Assembly (NCBI GenBank): GCA_040386515.1
Contig: JAZKFG010000002.1
Location: 15,074-79,073, forward strand
From: Patescibacteria group bacterium
GTDB taxonomy: Bacteria; Patescibacteriota; Minisyncoccia; Phycocordibacterales; CAIZLB01
DNA: 64,000 nucleotides
Direction of reading: 5' to 3'
Every line of letters begins with the position of its first letter. Positions within the stretch are counted from its first letter, which is position 1. Both the position numbers and the translations under genes were made by a program. Below are positions 57,396 through 64,000 of this stretch, piece by piece. Under the pieces are notes generated by a model. The model was given only the letters and a program-made list of their open reading frames with translations, did not search any database and was not told the DNA's origin.

Positions 57396-58520
57396 GTGAA
57401 CAAAACCTTATACCAAAAAGACATACATATTTTTATAAGCTCGATCATTGAGAAGGCTATTATTATGAATGCTTCAGATATTCATATTGATCCAAAAGAT
57501 ACGTATGTAAATATAAGACTGCGCATTTCAGGTGTACTGCATGACAGTGGGACTTTAGAATTAGAGTATTTAGACGTTTGTATTGGAAAAATAAAAGTTT
57601 TAGCGGAACTTCGATCCGATGTGCATGATAGAACTCAAGACGGAAGATTTTATTATGTCTCATCTTCGACTGAAGAGAGAATAGATATTCGGGTTTCTAT
57701 AGCTCCTACTTTTTATGGTGAGAATTGTGTTATGAGATTGCTTCGTCCGGAACTTTTGCGATACAGGACTTTTTTAGAACTCGGCATGACTCCAGAACAA
57801 ACAGAGAAATACACTCATTCACTTAAAAAAAGTTCTGGGCTTATTATTGTTGCAGGGCCAACAGGTTCAGGGAAGACGAGTACTCTTTACACAACGCTTA
57901 GATATTTAAGTCGTGGAGTAAATGTAAATCATTCATTTGCTGACGAACTTGATACGGAAAGAAATATTGTAACTATTGAAGATCCTGTGGAATCAGCTGT
58001 GCCAAGTATTCGACAAATACAAGTACATCCAGATAAAGGATTTGGATTTAAGGAAGCACTACGAGGAATTCTTAGACAAGATCCTGATGTAGTTATGATT
58101 GGTGAGATAAGAGATAAAGAAACGGCTGTTGCTGCAATACAAACTGCGCTCACTGGTCATCTAGTGCTATCGACAATACATGCACCAAATGCTGCGTCAA
58201 TTATTCCTCGTCTAATTGATATGGGTATTGAACCATATATGCTGTCATCATCAATAACTATGATATTGAGCCAGCGTTTGATTAGAATATTTGATTATCA
58301 ATTGGGACTATATGGAGAACGAAAAGGTGTGTTTGAAATAGTTCCGATTGATACTGCAATACGAGAAATGATTCATAAGAAAAAGACACCGTATGAAATA
58401 GAACAGCACTTATCCCGCGCAGGACATGTCTTACTTCGGGATGCTTGTGAGGATATGTATATTCGCCATGTCACAACTGAAGAAGAAATTAATCGCATAT
58501 CACTTGACTTATATTCATGA
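57396..58520 (+). CDS. GspE/PilB/ComGA-family assembly ATPase (short form)
   Basis: 'ASDIHIDP', 'GPTGSGKTSTLY', 'TIEDPVE', 'LRQDPDV..IGEIRD', 'TGHLV.STIH'. Confidence 0.9.
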   Translation: MNKTLYQKDIHIFISSIIEKAIIMNASDIHIDPKDTYVNIRLRISGVLHDSGTLELEYLDVCIGKIKVLAELRSDVHDRTQDGRFYYVSSSTEERIDIRVSIAPTFYGENCVMRLLRPELLRYRTFLELGMTPEQTEKYTHSLKKSSGLIIVAGPTGSGKTSTLYTTLRYLSRGVNVNHSFADELDTERNIVTIEDPVESAVPSIRQIQVHPDKGFGFKEALRGILRQDPDVVMIGEIRDKETAVAAIQTALTGHLVLSTIHAPNAASIIPRLIDMGIEPYMLSSSITMILSQRLIRIFDYQLGLYGERKGVFEIVPIDTAIREMIHKKKTPYEIEQHLSRAGHVLLRDACEDMYIRHVTTEEEINRISLDLYS

Positions 58521-59563
58521 AATTAAAAAATAAAGAATCCAGATCGCTCTGGTACAAAAAAATATTCTTTTATTTAAAATCAGGGCAATCTCTTTCTGAG
58601 TCTGTTCGTACTGCTGCGACTGATACAGATATGATGTATATTCACGAAGAATTGCTTGATGGAACTAGATTTTCTGATGTGTGTGCAATGCCTGAAATGC
58701 AGGGAGTATTTACCAATACTGAAATATCTTTGCTTAAAGTTGCTGAGCAAACGGGAACAATGCAATCGGTTTGTGGAGTATTAAGCGGCATGCTTAAAAA
58801 TCAGCATCAACAATCACAAAAGTTAATTGCTGCACTTATTTATCCAATATTAGTTTTATGTATGGCAGTACTTTTGCTGCTTATGATATTGATTGTGATT
58901 GTGCCGAAAATAGGACCACTGTTTTCATCTATGAAATCAATGCCAATTACTACAAAGATTTTGATTGCACTGAGTAATCACGTTGTCGGATTGTGGTATG
59001 TCGATATAAGTATTTTAGCTGTAAGCATTGCTGCGGTATTTTATATAAAAACTAAAACTCAATATTTTGCATATATTCAAAAATATATGCAGTATATATG
59101 CATTCGCACACCGTATCTAAAAGAAGTGTATTTATATTGGTTTATTGAGCGATGGATACAGGTAACGCATTTATCACTTCAGAGTAAAGTATCATTGGTT
59201 CAATCTTTAGGATTTGCTCATGAGGCGGTAACAAATTCATATCTCCAAAAACAATTTACAAAAGTGACTGATTCTGTGCGAGCGGGGAACACTTGTGCAG
59301 AAGCGCTTGGGACAATAGACCTAATTCTTAAAAATAAATTAAAAGACTGGGCGTCAGTAATTTCCTCAGGTGAAAAAACAGGAACACTTCAAGAAGTATT
59401 TGAAGTAAGTCATGAGCATATTGCAGAAAATCTCAAAGAATCATTTGATAGGTTTCAAAAGGTAATAGAGCCACTTCTTATTATTTTGGTTGGAGTAATG
59501 GTTCTTTGTATTTGCTTATCAATTATTTTGCCAATGTATCAATTAACACAATCAATACAATAA
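58517..59563 (+). CDS. GspF/PilC/ComGB-family platform protein
   Basis: 'E.TG', 'ALIYP', 'GE.TG.L', 'IEP.LI..VG...I.LPMY'. Confidence 0.85.
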   Translation: MKLKNKESRSLWYKKIFFYLKSGQSLSESVRTAATDTDMMYIHEELLDGTRFSDVCAMPEMQGVFTNTEISLLKVAEQTGTMQSVCGVLSGMLKNQHQQSQKLIAALIYPILVLCMAVLLLLMILIVIVPKIGPLFSSMKSMPITTKILIALSNHVVGLWYVDISILAVSIAAVFYIKTKTQYFAYIQKYMQYICIRTPYLKEVYLYWFIERWIQVTHLSLQSKVSLVQSLGFAHEAVTNSYLQKQFTKVTDSVRAGNTCAEALGTIDLILKNKLKDWASVISSGEKTGTLQEVFEVSHEHIAENLKESFDRFQKVIEPLLIILVGVMVLCICLSIILPMYQLTQSIQ

Positions 59564-59565
59564 AT

Positions 59566-60759
59566 ATGAGAAACAGGGGATTTAGTTTAATAGAAATTAT
59601 TTTAGCGCTCGCGGTAGCAGTTATTGTTTTTATTTCTGTATTTCATTTTGCATCAACCTTATATATCAAAACTATTGCACAGGATAAAAATAGCAGGGAA
59701 AACTTTTCGTATTCCTATGGAGAAACGTATTGTTCCTCAAAGCAAAACATTAATTCATCAACAGTAATTCTGCACCAAACATCACCCGAAGGATTTATTT
59801 CAACATCAACTAGGATAACGAGCATTCATGTTTTACAAAGTTTACCCATGACTCAATTGCTCATAACGAGTGATTCAGCATCAACAACAGAGGCGGATAT
59901 ATTTATTTTTAATATTAATCAAAATGACAACACTGCAGAATTGATTAGTTCAATAGATGCGGGGCCAGGAATTCAAGATTCAAAGCTTTTAGACAATTAT
60001 CTCTATATAGCAAACACAAGTGTCAATAGTCATGTCAAGTCATATTACTTAGATTTAGAGGCAACAGGAACAGCAATGTTCCAAGAATTATCAAACATAA
60101 AAATTGTTAGCCTGGCTCAAAGTTCATCACTACCGAAAAAGTTAAGTATTTTTAATAAGCAACTTATTCTTGGAAGCGAAAAAAGTAACACAGGAGGTGA
60201 GATGTTTGTGTTTCCATTTGAACAAAATGGGGCAGTGCAATTACTTTCTCATACGCAAGAATTTGATGGACAAGTAAATCAGGCACTATCTAGCTATGGA
60301 AAAATATATGTAGCTGCAGCATCTGATCCAGAGCTCCGAATTTTTGATTCGAATTTAACTCAAGAACAAACATACGATGCTCCACTAACACTTGGTAATG
60401 GCAAAAGTGTACTACATATACCGTCATACATTATTCTTGGCAGAACATTAGGCTCTGGTGAATTAAGTATTTTATCAGCAACAACATCTGTTTTAGATAT
60501 TAAAAGAACTGATGGCACAGTGGATTATTTACAGGCTATTGATGGAAGTAATCCTTTAGAGTTTTTATCAATTACGGCAAATGAAAATAAAGAGCTGCAA
60601 TTCTGGCATATTGTTGAATCTGCCTTCGGTGCCAAATTGAAACAAGACAAAACTATAGATATACCTGGCCGAGTAACCGCGTATACGTGCGCATTAAATC
60701 GCATGTATGCATTTGTATTTATTAATAATCAAGCAACACTCATATGGTTCGATTTATAA
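59566..60759 (+). CDS. large minor pilin-like protein (N-methylation motif plus beta-rich domain)
   Basis: 'NRG|FSLIEIILAL'. Confidence 0.75.
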   Translation: MRNRGFSLIEIILALAVAVIVFISVFHFASTLYIKTIAQDKNSRENFSYSYGETYCSSKQNINSSTVILHQTSPEGFISTSTRITSIHVLQSLPMTQLLITSDSASTTEADIFIFNINQNDNTAELISSIDAGPGIQDSKLLDNYLYIANTSVNSHVKSYYLDLEATGTAMFQELSNIKIVSLAQSSSLPKKLSIFNKQLILGSEKSNTGGEMFVFPFEQNGAVQLLSHTQEFDGQVNQALSSYGKIYVAAASDPELRIFDSNLTQEQTYDAPLTLGNGKSVLHIPSYIILGRTLGSGELSILSATTSVLDIKRTDGTVDYLQAIDGSNPLEFLSITANENKELQFWHIVESAFGAKLKQDKTIDIPGRVTAYTCALNRMYAFVFINNQATLIWFDL

Positions 60760-61244
60760 AACATAAAAAATATTCAAAAGGGATTACCCTTATCGAACTC
60801 GTGCTATATATGGGGCTGTTCACTATACTTATTTCAGGAGTACTGTACTCTGCCTTATATCTCGAAGAAATAATCGAATACAATTCATTTGAATATAAAG
60901 CGAGAGAAAATATATATAGGCAATTAGAGTTATTGCAACACTACACGATTATTGCTCAGCATATAGAAATAGGATCAAGCAGTATTCGTATGCAAATAGA
61001 AAAGGGTAGTATAATTCAAGAATTACGAGAAGGAAAACTGTACATGAAATATGAATACATTGATATGCCGATGAAAGAATTTTTAGTATATCCCTATGCA
61101 CGATTTATTGATTTTTCATTTACAAAATCCACCTCATCAGAAACTCTTTCTGCTAAAACTGAACTCAAAGTGCATATCGATAGGCAAGATACAAAAGGAA
61201 GACACAAATTTATAGATGAATATATACTTGCGCCTAGTAGTTGA
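60744..61244 (+). CDS. minor pilin-like protein
   Basis: 'KG|ITLIELVLYM'. Confidence 0.75.
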   Translation: MVRFIKHKKYSKGITLIELVLYMGLFTILISGVLYSALYLEEIIEYNSFEYKARENIYRQLELLQHYTIIAQHIEIGSSSIRMQIEKGSIIQELREGKLYMKYEYIDMPMKEFLVYPYARFIDFSFTKSTSSETLSAKTELKVHIDRQDTKGRHKFIDEYILAPSS

Positions 61245-61276
61245 TTTTTATTCAATACCCTAGTACATATATAAAT

Positions 61277-62350
61277 ATGAATGATAAAAAGCTTTATTTT
61301 GGTCCACTTGATACCCTGCGGGTATATGCTTTTTTGATTGTATATATTTCTCATGCATATTTTAGCTTTTTTAAAGTAACCGACGGTCGGACAAAACTGC
61401 TTGCTCATGGAGAAGTAGGTGTTCATATATTCTTCGCCTTAAGTGCATTCCTGATTACATATCTTTCACTTCGCGAATACGCAAAACAAAATACTTTTTC
61501 AATAGCGCATTTTTTCAAAAAGAGAATTCTTAGAATTTGGCCAGTATATTTTATTGTTCTCATTGCAGCATATATATGGCATCTTATTGCCGCGCCTGAA
61601 CAAGCAATAGGATGTGCACCTATGTTTACATATTTTCTTGGAAACTTTTGTTTGCTCATAGGGCTTCCTGATAGTGTTGGAACTCCTGCAATAATCCCAA
61701 TGTGGTCAATATCAATTGAACAGCAATTCTACGTTGTTTTCCCACTTCTATTTTGCTTAGGTATTTGGCTTGCTAAAAGAATGCAAAAAAGATTTGTAAA
61801 AGGAATTTCATTTGCTGCACTTATTATACTTTTTATATACACACTCATTGTGCGATATGCAAATGCAGGAAATTGGGAGTATATTAGCTACACTACCGTA
61901 ACATCACTACCTGGATTTATTGCAGGAATATGTCTTGCATATGCAATGCATGCTAATGCAAAAATAATACAGCACATACGAACGTACAGGAATTTTTATA
62001 TGTTCACTGCATTAGCAGCATTCTTTGCAACATTTTATATAAAATTTTTAGGATCAATTGGCGTCGCGCTCTATATCTTGCCTGCAATATATGCAACTCT
62101 CGTGTATGTAATTCTTGGAACTAATTCAAATCAAGCAGATAAGAAAGAAGAGAATACAAATACGTTGCAATATCTCGGGCGAATCTCATATGGACTCTAT
62201 GCATACCATATGTTCGCGATTGTATTCATGCAGCACTTAGATTTGAGTGTTGGACCACTTATAGAAAGTCTAATTGCCCTAGGGATGACTGTATTTTTGG
62301 CCCATATATCATATAGATATATTGAGAAATGGTTTTTGAGTTTTAAGTAA
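61277..62350 (+). CDS. acyltransferase-3 (OafA-like) membrane O-acyltransferase
   Basis: 'LDTLR..A...V..SH', 'GV..FF.LS.FLI', 'KRILRIWP', 'WS.SIE.QFY', 'LG.ISYGLY..H'. Confidence 0.9.
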   Translation: MNDKKLYFGPLDTLRVYAFLIVYISHAYFSFFKVTDGRTKLLAHGEVGVHIFFALSAFLITYLSLREYAKQNTFSIAHFFKKRILRIWPVYFIVLIAAYIWHLIAAPEQAIGCAPMFTYFLGNFCLLIGLPDSVGTPAIIPMWSISIEQQFYVVFPLLFCLGIWLAKRMQKRFVKGISFAALIILFIYTLIVRYANAGNWEYISYTTVTSLPGFIAGICLAYAMHANAKIIQHIRTYRNFYMFTALAAFFATFYIKFLGSIGVALYILPAIYATLVYVILGTNSNQADKKEENTNTLQYLGRISYGLYAYHMFAIVFMQHLDLSVGPLIESLIALGMTVFLAHISYRYIEKWFLSFK

Positions 62351-62378
62351 AAGTATGCTATAATGTATCGATTACGTT

Positions 62379-63626
62379 ATGATGAACTCGTTTGACTACG
62401 TTTATACCATATTTCTATTTATAGCCATATATATTCAGGTTTTTTTCCTTATTCTCTTTTTTGAGCATACAGATTCATTTAAGGATGAGCCAGAAGGCGA
62501 TATTTTTCCTTTGGAAGACTATTTGTCAGCAACCTTTTTAATTCCATGTTGGAATGAGGAGGAAACGGTGCTTAAAACTATAGAATCAGTACTCGCTCTG
62601 GATTATCCAAAGCACAAATTCCACATCATTGTGATTGATGATGGTAGTACAGATAGGACTTGGGAAATGCTGCAAAAGTATCAGGGTCATCCGCAAATAA
62701 CATTGCTTACAAAAGAGAATGGTGGAAAGCATAGTGCTCTAAACTTCGGACTGACGAAAGTTACAACAGACCTTGTTATTTCATTTGATGCTGATACAGA
62801 GATTCATGCTGATGCATTGATGAAGGCGGTTCCAAGTTTTATGAAAGATCCAAATCTAATGGCTCTCGGAGGAACAGTGCTTATTTCTAGTCCAAAAACT
62901 TTTGTTCAGAAAGCACAGGAAATTGAATATCAAATTTTTTCATTTACAAAAAAGATGCTCGGACTTGCGCAAGGAGTATTCGTTGTACCAGGAGCCTTTT
63001 CACTTTTCCGAAGGGAAGTCTTTGAAATAGTAGGTGGATATAGAAAGGCATATAACCTTGAAGATATTGAGCTTACAATGCGAATGCATACGCATGGTTT
63101 GAAAATCGACCACTCACATAATGCAATTGTAAAAACAAAAGGACCAGCCACAGTTAAAGGTTTATTTAAGCAAAGACTTCGATGGAGTCATGGATTTATT
63201 TTAAACATGATTGAATATCGAAGAATGTTCATGAATACTAAGTTTAAAAATCTTGGATTGTTTACGCTTCCTATGAGTGTCTTTACATATTTTTTGTTGT
63301 TGTTTGTGTTTAGTTATTCAGTATATAAGGTTGTTCTATCTGTGTACGAAACTATTCTTAAACTATATCTCGTAGGATTTTCAGAATTTAAATGGCCGAC
63401 AGTTGACTTCTTTTTTGTAAATACAAAAGCGTATGCTATCATGGCTTTCTTTGTGTATTTCACAATTATTACGAGTTACGTTATTGGCCGACATATTTCA
63501 GGAGTTAAAAAACACAATTTCTGGAATATTCCATACTTTATTTTTATTTTCAGTATCATTGCTCCATTTTGGGTAATGAAATCAATATACAGTTGGATTA
63601 CTGCAAAGCACGTTTCTTGGCGATAG
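62379..63626 (+). CDS. GT2 processive glycosyltransferase (PgaC/IcaA/cellulose-synthase-like)
   Basis: 'IP.WNEE', 'DDGSTD', 'GGK..ALN', 'DAD', 'ED', 'QRLRW'. Confidence 0.9.
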   Translation: MMNSFDYVYTIFLFIAIYIQVFFLILFFEHTDSFKDEPEGDIFPLEDYLSATFLIPCWNEEETVLKTIESVLALDYPKHKFHIIVIDDGSTDRTWEMLQKYQGHPQITLLTKENGGKHSALNFGLTKVTTDLVISFDADTEIHADALMKAVPSFMKDPNLMALGGTVLISSPKTFVQKAQEIEYQIFSFTKKMLGLAQGVFVVPGAFSLFRREVFEIVGGYRKAYNLEDIELTMRMHTHGLKIDHSHNAIVKTKGPATVKGLFKQRLRWSHGFILNMIEYRRMFMNTKFKNLGLFTLPMSVFTYFLLLFVFSYSVYKVVLSVYETILKLYLVGFSEFKWPTVDFFFVNTKAYAIMAFFVYFTIITSYVIGRHISGVKKHNFWNIPYFIFIFSIIAPFWVMKSIYSWITAKHVSWR

Positions 63627-63668
63627 GAAGTGTGGATTTATTATAAATAATACGTATACTACAGATAT

Positions 63669-64000
63669 ATGAAAATAAGACGCTATATATATACTTTTGT
63701 CATCACATTGGCAATATTTTTCCTCTCACTATGGTTGAGTAATGTTTTTGGTGAAAGAAAAATTCAAACTCTTCGAGATTTAGAGAATCAAATCAGTTTG
63801 AATATTCTTTCAGTAGAAACTCGATTCTCGTTATTGCAGAAAACATCTTGTGAACATATTACAAATAACAAGGATGATAACGCTGGTTTCAACAAAGATT
63901 TGAATGACTTGGCACTCAGAGTAAAGTCTCTTGAAAATCAGCTCGGATATTACAACGAAGATGTAATGTCACTCAAGAAATATTATTCTCTTTTACAGAT
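63669..64000 (+). CDS. membrane-anchored hypothetical protein, truncated by window edge
   Basis: ATG 63669, MKIRRYIYTFVITLAIFFLSLWL..., open to the end of the window. Confidence 0.6.
   Translation, partial: MKIRRYIYTFVITLAIFFLSLWLSNVFGERKIQTLRDLENQISLNILSVETRFSLLQKTSCEHITNNKDDNAGFNKDLNDLALRVKSLENQLGYYNEDVMSLKKYYSLLQ

Noticed and set aside
63618-63632. 15-nt match (tggcgataggaagtg) to the start of the tRNA-Val element
   Set aside because: No hairpin partner, scaffold or tRNA nearby, and it overlaps the GT2 stop codon; probably chance.

Overview
A 64-kb AT-rich chromosomal segment that looks like a Patescibacteria/CPR (Parcubacteria-like) genome. This assignment is inferred from the type-2 IleRS, alpha2 GlyRS, split MetRS, rplK with no adjacent rplA, tRNAs lacking encoded CCA, and several type IV pilus loci. 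It carries housekeeping genes (secE-nusG-rplK, argS, ileS, glyQS, metG, hisS, rpsF-ssb-rpsR, recA, ftsK, ftsEX, rmuC), pilus/competence genes, an S-layer-like surface protein, an ECF sigma/anti-sigma pair, four tRNAs and several ORFans. No transposase, integrase or CRISPR array was seen. Main unexplained signals: (1) a conserved, structured 60-165-nt non-coding element downstream of three of the four tRNAs (Ser, Arg, Val). Its scaffold hairpins co-vary, while its variable segments are antisense to, and then directly repeat, the 3' end of the particular neighbouring tRNA. (2) A pervasive extended -10 box 6-7 nt upstream of ATG, implying widespread leaderless mRNAs. (3) A G.U-rich structured leader on the S-layer-like gene. 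(4) A histidine-phosphatase domain inserted in IleRS. (5) A GC-rich Q/Y/G-rich lipoprotein gene. All calls come from reading the sequence; no database searches were run.
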